Shown here: positions 30,298-39,695 of the stretch, piece after piece
Layout of the letters: every line of letters starts with the position of its first letter
How positions within the stretch are numbered: position 1 is the first letter of the stretch
NCBI GenBank assembly: GCA_023266935.1
Contig: JAHFOF010000002.1
Location: forward strand, 68,623 to 132,622
DNA length: 64,000 nt
Origin: a bacterium
Lineage (GTDB): Bacteria; Patescibacteriota; Minisyncoccia; Phycocordibacterales; Zambryskibacteraceae
Reading direction: 5' to 3'
Made by a program: the position numbers and the translations under genes
Notes under the pieces: generated by a model
What the model was told of the DNA's origin: nothing
The model's input: only the letters and a program-made list of their open reading frames with translations
The model's database searches: none

Positions 30298-30714
30298 CTA
30301 TTTGTTTTGAGCTGGGCGAATTTGGATTGATGATGCGTTCACTGTACCATCAGAGTTGGCTGGCCCAGAAACAGAAACACTTTCGTTTGTAGTAAGGTCA
30401 TCAACCGAACCAGGAACACTTTTTATAATTGGGGTTGAGGAGCCGAAGAAAACAATTCTCGAACTACCATCGGTCAATTTTATGGTTAGACTCTTGTCAT
30501 CTTTAGATAAAATATTACCAGAAACAAATCCCCCACCTACCCGACCAGCAAATCTGGTTCCAGACATTTGTCCATTTGTTCCACGAACCGATGTGGTTGC
30601 CGTTGTTCCAGCTGTTTTTGATCCAATAAAAAAGGCTATTACTGCAAGTACTATCGCTCCGACAATTAATTTTTTGTTCATTTGATTATTCATGATTTTT
30701 ATAATAGCCTGCAA
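30298..30714 (-). CDS. hypothetical secreted protein (last gene of the efflux operon)
   Basis: Signal/TM, Gly/Ser-rich. Confidence 0.4.
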   Translation of the reverse strand: MQAIIKIMNNQMNKKLIVGAIVLAVIAFFIGSKTAGTTATTSVRGTNGQMSGTRFAGRVGGGFVSGNILSKDDKSLTIKLTDGSSRIVFFGSSTPIIKSVPGSVDDLTTNESVSVSGPANSDGTVNASSIQIRPAQNK

Positions 30715-30716
30715 GG

Positions 30717-31925
30717 TTATTCATAACGCAAGGCCTCTATTGGATTTAACCCCGCTGCACGTCGTGCTGGATAATATCCAAAGATTATACCAATAGCTGC
30801 AGAAACCCCAAAAGCCAAGAGAACTGAAGAGAGAGAAATGCTGGTTTCGACAATACCCAGTTTAGTAATGGTGAACGACACTGCCCAACCGAGTATCACC
30901 CCTATGACACCACCAATAAAAGTGAGCATCACTGCCTCGATGAGAAATTGTGTATTTATATCTTTCCTTTTGGCTCCGATGGCTTTTCTCAAACCTATTT
31001 CTCTTGTGCGTTCGGTCACAGTAGTAAGCATCATGTTCATAATCCCTATTCCTCCAACAATAAGAGAGATAGAAGCCACAGCCGCGAGGAACATGGTGAA
31101 AGCTCCAGTCACCTGGTTGAGTGTTCCTAAAATATCGGCTTGAGAGATGATAGAAAAGTCGGCTTCACTCACTCGATGTTTGGTGATAAGAAGATTGGTC
31201 GCTTCATCTTTTATCGTAGCCATCTGATCCTTATCAGCCACAGACACAGCTACAGAAGAAAGATAATCAACCCCCGCGAGAACTTTCTGCATAGTAGAAA
31301 GAGGAACAAAAATCATGTCATCAAGATTCGCAAACCCAGAACCACCCTTGGCTTGTAAAACTCCTACTACTCTGAATATCACATTATTAATTTTTACTGT
31401 TTTCCCCATAGGATCGGTGTCTCCAAACAAATCTGTCGCTGCTGTTTGTCCAAGGATTGCAACTTTATTAAAATTATTTTGACCGGGAGTAATGAAGGAA
31501 CCCTCAGCCAGATTCAAATTTCTCACTACTGCATATTCTGGTAGGGTTCCTATAACCGTAGAGTTTGTGTTATTACCCGTAGAAGAAACTATCTGAAATC
31601 GCCGATCTAGCTCGGGTGCCACTACCGACACTCCTTCTATAGACTTTAAAACATCCACATCTTCATTCTTTAAACTTTGAGCTGCCCCTCGTCCAGACGA
31701 AACGATTCCTCTACCCGGTTGAACTGCACCAGGATAAATAGTTAAAAGATTTGAACCCAATCCTTCTATAGAAGTTTGAATTGCATTTTGAGCTCCTTGA
31801 CCAATAGAAACCATGGCGATCACAGAGCTTATACCTATGACAATACCTAGAACAGTCAAAACCGAACGAACTTTGTTCGCTGAGAGGGCGGTATATGTTT
31901 CTTCAAGGATATCTTTAGTGGTCAT
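30717..31925 (-). CDS. ABC transporter permease, MacB/FtsX-like
   Basis: N-terminal TM, large periplasmic domain, C-terminal FtsX-type 3-TM bundle. Confidence 0.8.
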   Translation of the reverse strand: MTTKDILEETYTALSANKVRSVLTVLGIVIGISSVIAMVSIGQGAQNAIQTSIEGLGSNLLTIYPGAVQPGRGIVSSGRGAAQSLKNEDVDVLKSIEGVSVVAPELDRRFQIVSSTGNNTNSTVIGTLPEYAVVRNLNLAEGSFITPGQNNFNKVAILGQTAATDLFGDTDPMGKTVKINNVIFRVVGVLQAKGGSGFANLDDMIFVPLSTMQKVLAGVDYLSSVAVSVADKDQMATIKDEATNLLITKHRVSEADFSIISQADILGTLNQVTGAFTMFLAAVASISLIVGGIGIMNMMLTTVTERTREIGLRKAIGAKRKDINTQFLIEAVMLTFIGGVIGVILGWAVSFTITKLGIVETSISLSSVLLAFGVSAAIGIIFGYYPARRAAGLNPIEALRYE

Positions 31926-32634
31926 GTTTTGTATGGTGAATTACTCTTTTTTGATGAGATTTTGAATCTTCAACCAATCGTCCATCTCGAATAAAAATTA
32001 TTCTGTCTGCGTGTTCAGCCACCTCATGTTCATGGGTGATAAGGATAATGGTTCGTCCAAAATCCCGATTAAGTTTTTGAAATGTCCCGAGCACAATTTC
32101 TCCAGTCTTTGTATCCAGATTTCCTGTTGGTTCATCGGCGAGAATAAGGGTTGGATTATTTACTAGCGCCCTAGCAATAGCCACACGTTGAATCTGTCCT
32201 CCAGAAAGTTGATTCGAAAGGTGAGAAAAATGTTCTTCTTCTAATCCTGCAGCAATCAAAGATTCTTCGGCTCGTTTTTCCCTCTCATGTTTACTCACAT
32301 CAGCATAGACTAGAGGCAACATCACATTGCGAAGGACTGTGGTTCGGGGCAAGAGATTAAACGACTGAAAAACAAATCCAATTTTATCTCTTCGGATATC
32401 AGCGAGCTCATCATCAGAAAGCTTCGAGACATCTTTATTGTCCAAAAAATATTCCCCTGAAGTTGGTGTGTCGAGGGCACCAAGAATATGCATCAAGGTA
32501 GATTTACCCGAACCAGACGGACCCATAATAGCCACAAACTCTCCGTTGTCTATTTTGAAGTTAACATCCTTGAGTGCTTCAAAGGGTGCGGGACCATTCG
32601 TATAAATTTTGCCTACATTTTTTACTTCAATCAT
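31915..32634 (-). CDS. ABC transporter ATP-binding protein (MacB/LolD type)
   Basis: GPSGSGKST Walker [16 protein letters not shown] signature, ILADEPT Walker B. Confidence 0.9.
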   Translation of the reverse strand: MIEVKNVGKIYTNGPAPFEALKDVNFKIDNGEFVAIMGPSGSGKSTLMHILGALDTPTSGEYFLDNKDVSKLSDDELADIRRDKIGFVFQSFNLLPRTTVLRNVMLPLVYADVSKHEREKRAEESLIAAGLEEEHFSHLSNQLSGGQIQRVAIARALVNNPTLILADEPTGNLDTKTGEIVLGTFQKLNRDFGRTIILITHEHEVAEHADRIIFIRDGRLVEDSKSHQKRVIHHTKHDH

Positions 32635-32642
32635 ATTTATGA

Positions 32643-34364
32643 TTAACGACCTGTTGCTCCAGTCACCCTTACGTTTCCTGTTCCAGTTCCTGTTCTTGCC
32701 CCACCCGTGGTTGCCCCGAAGATACTTGGAGCTTGAGTGGTGGCGGTAGTTGGATTTATGGTTCGAGTGACGACCTGATCTCCTTCTGAAAGACCGGATT
32801 TTATCTCTGTAGAAGTATCATTTGAAGCTCCTATTTCTACTGATTTAGAAGTTGGAGGCACAGCAGAAGGGGTGCCTGTATTCATCGGATTAGAAAGAGG
32901 AGGGTTGAAAACTAACACATACGAACCTTGGTCATCGGTCTTCACCGCACTTGAAGAAACATACAAAACATCAGTCAAAACGTTGGTGATTATTTCTGCG
33001 CTTGTACTCATGCCCGAACGAACCCGAATATCGTTTGTATCAAAAACAATTTTAGCTCCATAGTTCACCACACCTTGGTTTGTTGTGCCGACTAAATCAA
33101 GATCCGAAACTACTCCGGTCAGAGTCAATCCTTCGACGGCATCGAACGTCAAAGTAGCCTTGTCACCAACCTTTACCTTGGCTGCATCAACTTCGTTTAA
33201 AGAAACATCGGCCATTTGTTCTTTGGTAATAATGGTAGCCATAACCGTGCCGTTCGAAGCGCTGTCACCAACCTTAACCGGAATCCTCCCTATCACTCCA
33301 TCGAATGGAGCGACAATCGTGTAATCTGAATAAGTTTTATATTTTATATCAACAGCCAATTGTGCTGATTCAATATCTAAAGGATCAGCTCCACGAATAA
33401 GTTTGGCCAAAACAGCTTGTTTATCTGCAATGTTCCCCGAGGATTGAGATAAATCGCTTTTATCTGAGAGCAAAGAAGCCAAACGTGGATTTATTTTGTC
33501 TGTCCAAGTACTTAGATTCGTACTAGCAGAATCCATGGCACTAATTTGGGAAGCTGTCTGATTTGAGTTTTGATTTTTAATATAATCCAAAGCACCTTTA
33601 GTATCCTTTAATGCTTGGGAAACAGCTTTGGCCATATCATAAGTGTGAGAAACCAAAGCTACGACTGAACTGGAGGCGCTGGTTCGAGAAACGGTTTTAT
33701 ATTCAGAAAGGAGAGAATTGTATTTATCCTTGGCCAGATTAAACGACGTTCCCGCTTGGTCACGATACTGTCTGGCTGTGTCTCCAAAATACAAAACATT
33801 GTTTGAAGAAAGGAAACCACCAAGTCCGCCGAGCATAGAATCTAAGCCAGTGATGACATCGGGCACAACCAGAAACGCGCTCGCCACATCATTTAACCCA
33901 TTATCATACGCTTGGCTGTCTGAATTAATCGCATCCGAAAGAGAATTTTGAGCTTGAATCATGTCTGTCTCATCGGCTGCTTGGGTCAATTTTTCTAAAG
34001 ATATTTGAGATGAACGAAGAGCATTATAAGCATCAGTCGAATCTATACGGGCGATAACCTCACCCTTTTTGACCTCTTGGCCACTCTTCACAACGATGCT
34101 GATAATATCTCCAGAAACTTTGCTTTTTAAATCAACCTGGTCTGAAGAAGAGACCGTTCCTGTGCTTGAGACAGAAGACAGGAGGTTCCCCTTCTCCACC
34201 GTACCCACAACATATTTTATTTCCCCACTTGTGTTCCCTAAACCAGAAATTATTTTATATCCAATAAAAATAATTATGAGGAGAACAACCACGCTGATAA
34301 CCTTGTGGGCTAAAACATATGTCTTTATTTTGGGAAAATTAATTTTGGAAATAAATTTTTTCAT
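32643..34364 (-). CDS. periplasmic adaptor (HlyD/MFP family) with extended Ser/Thr-rich C-terminus
   Basis: N-terminal TM, coiled-coil, beta-barrel blocks (VAPFDGVIGRIPVKVGD). Confidence 0.7.
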   Translation of the reverse strand: MKKFISKINFPKIKTYVLAHKVISVVVLLIIIFIGYKIISGLGNTSGEIKYVVGTVEKGNLLSSVSSTGTVSSSDQVDLKSKVSGDIISIVVKSGQEVKKGEVIARIDSTDAYNALRSSQISLEKLTQAADETDMIQAQNSLSDAINSDSQAYDNGLNDVASAFLVVPDVITGLDSMLGGLGGFLSSNNVLYFGDTARQYRDQAGTSFNLAKDKYNSLLSEYKTVSRTSASSSVVALVSHTYDMAKAVSQALKDTKGALDYIKNQNSNQTASQISAMDSASTNLSTWTDKINPRLASLLSDKSDLSQSSGNIADKQAVLAKLIRGADPLDIESAQLAVDIKYKTYSDYTIVAPFDGVIGRIPVKVGDSASNGTVMATIITKEQMADVSLNEVDAAKVKVGDKATLTFDAVEGLTLTGVVSDLDLVGTTNQGVVNYGAKIVFDTNDIRVRSGMSTSAEIITNVLTDVLYVSSSAVKTDDQGSYVLVFNPPLSNPMNTGTPSAVPPTSKSVEIGASNDTSTEIKSGLSEGDQVVTRTINPTTATTQAPSIFGATTGGARTGTGTGNVRVTGATGR

Positions 34365-34365
34365 T

Positions 34366-34803
34366 TTATTTAATATTAGCGGTTATCTTCTTGTTTAGTT
34401 TATAAAATTGTTCAAACTCTTGGTTGTTCAGAACCTTTAGAATATGAGTCATATCTTGGAAAGCTTTTTTCTTCATCATTTCCATATGTTTTCTGCTCTT
34501 GAGCGAAAGGACGAGGGTTGATTCTCTACGGTCTTTAAGGTTTACTTTTTTCGAAACGTAGTTATTTTTAACCAAAGCTTCGACGAGTTGGGACACCGCG
34601 GGCGAAGACATCCGCAGAATATGAGCGACATCCTTCACTGTGGTCTCCTTGAGGTTACCCACGAGACCAAGCACTGCCCACTGCGAAGGAGTTATTTCTA
34701 GCATGTTTGGACGGAACTTTTTCTTCAAGAAAAGCGCTCGACGTAAAGACTGAAAGTTATTAAAGATTTCCTCTATCCGTTCCTTGCGTTTATTATAAGT
34801 CAT
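34366..34803 (-). CDS. MarR family transcriptional regulator
   Basis: Winged HTH: ITPSQWAVLGLVGN...TVKDVAHILRMSSPAVSQLVEALV. Confidence 0.8.
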   Translation of the reverse strand: MTYNKRKERIEEIFNNFQSLRRALFLKKKFRPNMLEITPSQWAVLGLVGNLKETTVKDVAHILRMSSPAVSQLVEALVKNNYVSKKVNLKDRRESTLVLSLKSRKHMEMMKKKAFQDMTHILKVLNNQEFEQFYKLNKKITANIK

Positions 34804-34861
34804 AATGTGTAAGTATCTTACCTAATTTTAGAATATAAAGCAAACAGGCTTATCAACAAGA

Positions 34862-35797
34862 CTAGACTCTGAGGTATCTGCGGATAGCAAGGAAACTTGA
34901 AACAGCACCGAGGAGGACTCCTGAACCGACGATAATGATAAATATTTGTGGGAAGTGAACAAGGTAATAGCTAAACAAATTCAATCCAATGAAAAAGTTC
35001 TGTGTAGTCTGCCCTAACCAATAAGTAATAGGGAGAAAGAGAATCAGAGTCAGTAAACCTGCGACCAATCCATAGATAACTCCCACAACCACGAACGGCC
35101 CTTGGATATAAGTCGTAGAAGCTCCAACGAGACGCATCACCCCTATCTCTTCTTTAGACATATATATGGTGAGACGAACGGTATTAAAAGAAACGAGTAA
35201 AGAAAGAGCGATGAACGCGAGGGTAATAGCAAACCCGAGAGTGTGGGCCGTGTTGATAATTTTTATTAATTTATCTATGGCTGTTTTGTTCTGATAATAG
35301 TTTATGTGGTCAACGATAGTGAGATTATTCGCACTCAAAATATTTTGGCCTTGGAGATAATCGGCCACAGAACCGTACTGTGAAGGGTCCTTCGCCTTCA
35401 CATTTAAGACGGCACCGAGTGGGTTATCGTTTAACTCCCCCAACGCAGCGAGGATTGATTGGTCATCTGCATGCCTTTGTTTAAAAGCTTCTAAAGATTG
35501 TTCGCGAGAAACATAAGTGACCAAAGAAACTTCGGGCAAAGATTCTAGGGATTTTTTTATGTGCAAAATGTCTGATTCTTGGGCATTTGGGATAAAGGTC
35601 ACATTGATATCAACCTTGCTTCGAAGTTCGGTGAGAGATGTGTTGAGGATAGCACTACCAAACAAAATAAATCCGATGACCACGAGAGTGACCATCATAA
35701 TCAAAACTGAAGCGAGTGAAACCGTGCCGTTTCTCCAAAAATTAAAAAGCCCGGTCCTTGAAACTCGTTTTAATTTTGTTTGAAAATTGGCTTTCAT
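34862..35797 (-). CDS. ftsX: cell division permease FtsX
   Basis: FtsX fold, 4 TM, adjacent to ftsE. Confidence 0.85.
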   Translation of the reverse strand: MKANFQTKLKRVSRTGLFNFWRNGTVSLASVLIMMVTLVVIGFILFGSAILNTSLTELRSKVDINVTFIPNAQESDILHIKKSLESLPEVSLVTYVSREQSLEAFKQRHADDQSILAALGELNDNPLGAVLNVKAKDPSQYGSVADYLQGQNILSANNLTIVDHINYYQNKTAIDKLIKIINTAHTLGFAITLAFIALSLLVSFNTVRLTIYMSKEEIGVMRLVGASTTYIQGPFVVVGVIYGLVAGLLTLILFLPITYWLGQTTQNFFIGLNLFSYYLVHFPQIFIIIVGSGVLLGAVSSFLAIRRYLRV

Positions 35798-35800
35798 GTT

Positions 35801-36481
35801 TTAACTAAAATATTTGCCCTCCTTATCATCTCTAATAATCCTGCCTTTATCCATGGCTATCACTCTCTTGCCCAAGGAGTCTATCACCCCTTTGTTGTGA
35901 GTGGTCAGGATAACTGTTGTGCCCAAATCGTTTATTCTTTTTAAAATTTGCACGATATCATGAGTGTTCACTGGATCAAGGTTCCCCGTTGGTTCATCAG
36001 CGATGATGATGTCTGGGTTGTTCACAATCGCCCGGGCAATAGCCACGCGTTGTTTCTCTCCTCCAGAAAGTTCGTGGGGAAAATTCCAAACCTTGTCTGC
36101 TAATCCGACGAGGTCGAGGACGTGAGGCACATCGGCTTCTATCTCTTCGTCACTTCGACCTGCGGCCTCCATAGTGAAGGCGATGTTTTCATAAACCGTT
36201 CTGTCTGGGAGAAGACGAAAATCTTGAAAAATCATCCCTACTCGTTGACGAAATTTGTTTATATCTTGTTTGTGAAGAGAATGAACATCAATTGATTCAT
36301 AAAAAACCCGACCTTTCGTCGGTTTCTCTTCGGCTAGAAACATTTTAAGTAAAGTGGTCTTGCCTGCACCAGATTGACCGACGATAGAGACAAATTCTTT
36401 TGGTTCTATAGAGAAAGTAACATCCTCGAGAGCAACGGAAGAATCCGGATATACCTTGGAGACTTTATCAAAGAAAATCAT
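35801..36481 (-). CDS. ftsE: cell division ATP-binding protein FtsE
   Basis: [31 protein letters not shown]. Confidence 0.9.
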   Translation of the reverse strand: MIFFDKVSKVYPDSSVALEDVTFSIEPKEFVSIVGQSGAGKTTLLKMFLAEEKPTKGRVFYESIDVHSLHKQDINKFRQRVGMIFQDFRLLPDRTVYENIAFTMEAAGRSDEEIEADVPHVLDLVGLADKVWNFPHELSGGEKQRVAIARAIVNNPDIIIADEPTGNLDPVNTHDIVQILKRINDLGTTVILTTHNKGVIDSLGKRVIAMDKGRIIRDDKEGKYFS

Positions 36482-36525
36482 TGTTCAATTTTATCATATT
36501 TTATCTCCCTGAGCCAAGAATTTTA

Positions 36526-36558
36526 TAAGAAAAAGATTCCGCGATACTTTGCGGAATC
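36526..36558 (-). terminator. rho-independent terminator of the GC-rich gene
   Basis: GATTCCGC...GCGGAATC hairpin followed on the minus strand by TTTTTCTT. Confidence 0.55.
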
Positions 36559-36568
36559 TATTAAATCA

Positions 36569-37198
36569 CTAACTTGCGAGAACAACAGACGGGCCGTGGG
36601 CGCTCCACACGCTGCCGAGCCAGCTGCAGCTCCAATCCCACCGACCATCGCGCCAGCACAGGCAGAGGACATACCGGCGGCCATCCGGGCGCCGAAGGAC
36701 AGTTCCATCGAAGTAGATGGAGGTTGTGTTGCCGTTCGTCTTCTCCTTCCACTGCTCGGGGATGAGGTGCTTGTTCTCCCAGAGAGTCTGCAAGACCTTC
36801 GCATCCAGACGGATGTGGCCTGCGTTCTTCAGGCGTTGAAGCTTGTCCTCGCCTTTGACCCACGACTCACTTGACTTGAGCATGTGCTCGAAACGAATGG
36901 ACCCAAGATTGACCTCGAAGAGAGCGATTGAACGCTCATCTTGTTCCGCGATCGACCAACCCGAACCGATGAATTCGACTGGGTTGAATGGGGTGGCGCG
37001 GTCAACGGTGACTCTTTCGTAGCTGACCGGCTTGTCCGGTTTCCACGAATTCACGAACACCGACAGATCACGATGGAACTCATCGGCGTTCTCTACGTCC
37101 TTGTTCAACTTGTTCACAACACGCTGAACTGGAACGAGTCGTTCCTGTGGAACACCAACAAGTGCCCGAACGATTCCTGCTAGCTTGTCCTGTGCCAT
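36569..37198 (-). CDS. hypothetical protein encoded in a GC-rich, foreign-looking cassette
   Basis: 209 aa. The locus is markedly GC-richer than its flanks, with overlapping spurious ORFs in other frames. No family recognised. Confidence 0.4.
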   Translation of the reverse strand: MAQDKLAGIVRALVGVPQERLVPVQRVVNKLNKDVENADEFHRDLSVFVNSWKPDKPVSYERVTVDRATPFNPVEFIGSGWSIAEQDERSIALFEVNLGSIRFEHMLKSSESWVKGEDKLQRLKNAGHIRLDAKVLQTLWENKHLIPEQWKEKTNGNTTSIYFDGTVLRRPDGRRYVLCLCWRDGRWDWSCSWLGSVWSAHGPSVVLAS

Positions 37199-37340
37199 AA
37201 GAATTTCTCCTTAGACTGGGAGCCAGGTTGCTAGAGGACGACGGAATGTCGCCATAACAAGGTACTTCTACTTCTTCTTTAATCATACACCTTTTGAGGA
37301 AAAAGTCAAGGAGATTATAAGGACATCAAAACAGCTTTAT

Positions 37341-38243
37341 TTATAGCTCTTTTTCAGCCTCTATAAATTCATCCAAATCACCATTTAGGACTTTTTCTAT
37401 TTGAGAAGTTTCAACGTTGGTTCGGTGGTCTTTGACCATTTTGTATGGATGCAGAACGTACGAACGGATTTGGTTTCCCCATTCAATCTGCGTTGTTTTA
37501 GAAATATACATCCCCTTTTCTTTCGCCTTCCTCTCTTCGTCTCGAAGTTTATAAAGTTTGGCCGAAAGCATCATGAGAGCTTTCTCTTTATTCTGCGCTT
37601 GACTGCGTTCTGTCTCTACATGCACGGCGAGGTTCGTGGGGATGTGGACCACACGCACGGCTGTCTCTCGTTTGTTCACATTTTGTCCACCCGGACCAGA
37701 TGATTTAGAAGTCTCAACTCGAATTTCTTCTGGAGGAATCTTTAGTTCATCTGGTGTTTCAAATTCGGGTATCACTTCAACCATAGAGAAAGATGTGTGT
37801 CGCAAATCCTTGGCACTAAATGGAGAGATACGCACGAGTCGATGCACGCCGGATTCATTCTTCAATGTCCCGTATGGACCTTTTGCCTCCTGCCTGCCGG
37901 CAGGCAGGTCAATCTCAATCGTGATGTTTCTGTATCCACCATGGTCATTCGTATTTTTGTGCAGAGTTTTAAAACTCCAACCTTTCTTCTCTATATATTT
38001 CATATACATTTCTAAAAGTATCCTAGAGAAATCTTCAGCGTCATCTCCACCAGCTCCAGAAAATATAGTCATCACTGCACTGCCCTTGTCATACTTTCCT
38101 CCTCCTTCCTTTTCATCTTTTAAATTTTGAATTTCTCGAATAATCGCTTGGGCCTTATCTTTGTCCAACCAAAAATCCGCCGAGCTCATCTCCGCTTCTA
38201 GTTCCTGAATTTTCTTATCTATTTCATTATTTGAAATTGTCAT
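37341..38243 (-). CDS. prfB: peptide chain release factor 2 (short N-terminal domain, no frameshift site)
   Basis: SPF tripeptide motif, GGQ motif (SGPGGQNVNK), HRLVRISPF. 300 aa. Contains palindrome copy 2, encoding DLPAGRQEA. Confidence 0.8.
   Translation of the reverse strand: MTISNNEIDKKIQELEAEMSSADFWLDKDKAQAIIREIQNLKDEKEGGGKYDKGSAVMTIFSGAGGDDAEDFSRILLEMYMKYIEKKGWSFKTLHKNTNDHGGYRNITIEIDLPAGRQEAKGPYGTLKNESGVHRLVRISPFSAKDLRHTSFSMVEVIPEFETPDELKIPPEEIRVETSKSSGPGGQNVNKRETAVRVVHIPTNLAVHVETERSQAQNKEKALMMLSAKLYKLRDEERKAKEKGMYISKTTQIEWGNQIRSYVLHPYKMVKDHRTNVETSQIEKVLNGDLDEFIEAEKEL
37889..37908. repeat. 20-bp GC palindrome, copy 2 (perfect)
   Basis: cctgcctgccggcaggcagg inside prfB. Confidence 0.85.
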
Positions 38244-39123
38244 GCTGTTTTTTCTTCAATATTGTTATTTTATCTTCATGAACACCATTTGTTCCAATAA
38301 ATGATTTTTCTTCTATCTCAAATAATCCCAAATCTCTAACTCGTTTTGTTGTTTCAGGTCTTGATGCTGGAGGTACAGTGCCTTCACTGTATATTGTGGG
38401 TGAATAAGAATAGTAAAACAACAATCCATCAGGAGTCATAGTTTTATATAATACCTTAAGTAAATCTAACATATCGGCCGTTCTTTCATCTTTTCTGCCA
38501 ACAAAATAATTAAATACATTAGACATATTAATTACATCATAATTTTCTGTTAGAAAACTTGGGGCAATATCTATTATGTTTCCAACAATATATTGTGGCC
38601 CAACATCAAGGAGAATGCGTCTCATTTTTAAGTAAGAGTCTTCATTTATCAAATATGCATTTATATCTGATATGTTAGGTTTAAGAAAAGCTCGATCCCT
38701 GAAATACTCTGATTTTACAATATTACCTCCTGTCGCTTCCCCATAAATCTTATCGAAAAAAGTTTTTGTATTATCCTGCAAACTATTTCTAAATTTTAAA
38801 TATGTATTATGATCTAAATTTCCATTTGCATGAGTATCACCAAAAAACCCTAAAAATACCCCGTAATCCAAATTTTTTATTGCTTGAATCTTTAAATCCA
38901 CAAAAAATGGCGATCTGGTATTTATATCAAAACCCGTAACACTTTCTGCTCCATAAAAATATGCATTTAATATCTGATCTCCTGAACCAATTATTGTCAA
39001 AACTTTCTTGTTTTTAAGATCTAAAAGAGAATAGTAACTACTGACCATCTCAGTGGCATACACATATATTCTTGATTCTGGAGTCATAGACCCCGATTCT
39101 TTTTTTGTAATGTCTATTTTCAT
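38227..39123 (-). CDS. hypothetical protein, possible Rossmann-fold methyltransferase-like
   Basis: VLTIIGSGDQ...FDIN resembles SAM-MTase motif I; weak. Confidence 0.3.
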   Translation of the reverse strand: MKIDITKKESGSMTPESRIYVYATEMVSSYYSLLDLKNKKVLTIIGSGDQILNAYFYGAESVTGFDINTRSPFFVDLKIQAIKNLDYGVFLGFFGDTHANGNLDHNTYLKFRNSLQDNTKTFFDKIYGEATGGNIVKSEYFRDRAFLKPNISDINAYLINEDSYLKMRRILLDVGPQYIVGNIIDIAPSFLTENYDVINMSNVFNYFVGRKDERTADMLDLLKVLYKTMTPDGLLFYYSYSPTIYSEGTVPPASRPETTKRVRDLGLFEIEEKSFIGTNGVHEDKITILKKKQHDNFK

Positions 39124-39127
39124 GCGG

Positions 39128-39200
39128 AGCCAAAGGCCAGGATCGAACTGGCGACCTACCCCTTACGAAGGGGTTGCTCTACCAACTGAGCTACTTTGGC
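39128..39200 (-). tRNA. tRNA-Thr (CGU)
   Basis: GCCAAAGTAGCTCAGTTGGTAGAGC...CCCC-TTCGTAA-GGGG...TTCGATCC. Confidence 0.8.
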
Positions 39201-39224
39201 ATTAAGTAATCATACCAAATACGG

Positions 39225-39297
39225 AGCCAACAATCGGGATCGAACCGATGACCTCTTCCTTACCATGGAAGTGCTCTACCAGCTGAGCTATGTTGGC
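39225..39297 (-). tRNA. tRNA-Thr (GGU)
   Basis: GCCAACATAGCTCAGCTGGTAGAGC...CTTCC-ATGGTAA-GGAAG...TTCGATCC. Confidence 0.8.
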
Positions 39298-39505
39298 ACG
39301 AATAAACGTCTCCGAATAATAATACATCAAATAAGCTTTATCAATTAAGCTTTAATTAGAGATCTAAGTGTTGCGGGTATCCGATTTGCACGGATGCCTA
39401 CAGGTTATGAGCCTGTCGAGGTACTGCTCCTCCAACCCGCTATTCTTCATATTATACGTCTTTATATTCCCAAAAGCAAGATTTAATATTATAGTGTTGT
39501 TTATT

Positions 39506-39577
39506 GCCGGTGTAGTTCAATGGTTAGAACGAAGGACTCATAAGCCTTAGACGGTGGTTCGATTCCACCCATCGGCA
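39506..39577 (+). tRNA. tRNA-Met/Ile2 (CAU), elongator-type
   Basis: GCCGGTGTAGTTCAATGGTTAGAAC...loop CTCATAA...GGTTCGATTCC; lacks the initiator GGG/CCC pairs. Confidence 0.7.
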
Positions 39578-39629
39578 CAAATTGATAAAGAACCAAAAAT
39601 CTGCTACTTTGTATCGGTAAGAAACATTT

Positions 39630-39690
39630 GCGGCTGTACCCGCCCGAACGTGCCGAAGCACCTTCGGTACGGGCGGGGCTCAACGGTAGA
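39630..39690 (+). pseudogene. partial duplicate of the tRNA-Asp 5' end (nt 1-9 and 10-22) interrupted by a 39-nt GC-rich hairpin
   Basis: GCGGCTGTA + CCCGCCCGAACGTGCCGAAGCACCTTCGGTACGGGCGGG + GCTCAACGGTAGA. The flanks are identical to the intact tRNA-Asp at 39926. Confidence 0.7.
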
Positions 39691-39695
39691 TCAAT

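Noticed and set aside
36374-36874. Several overlapping ORFs (36374..36874 +, 36523..36804 -, 36561..36863 -, 36574..36765 +) in the GC-rich cassette
   Set aside because: Mutually overlapping frames of Ala/Arg/Pro-rich peptides are the usual by-product of high GC. Only the 36569..37198 frame spans the cassette with a terminator.
37341-38243. Looked for the canonical prfB programmed +1 frameshift (CTT TGA C) and an upstream leader exon
   Set aside because: The upstream gene 38227..39123 overlaps the prfB start in another frame and no frameshift heptamer is evident. This RF2 appears to be made from a single frame.
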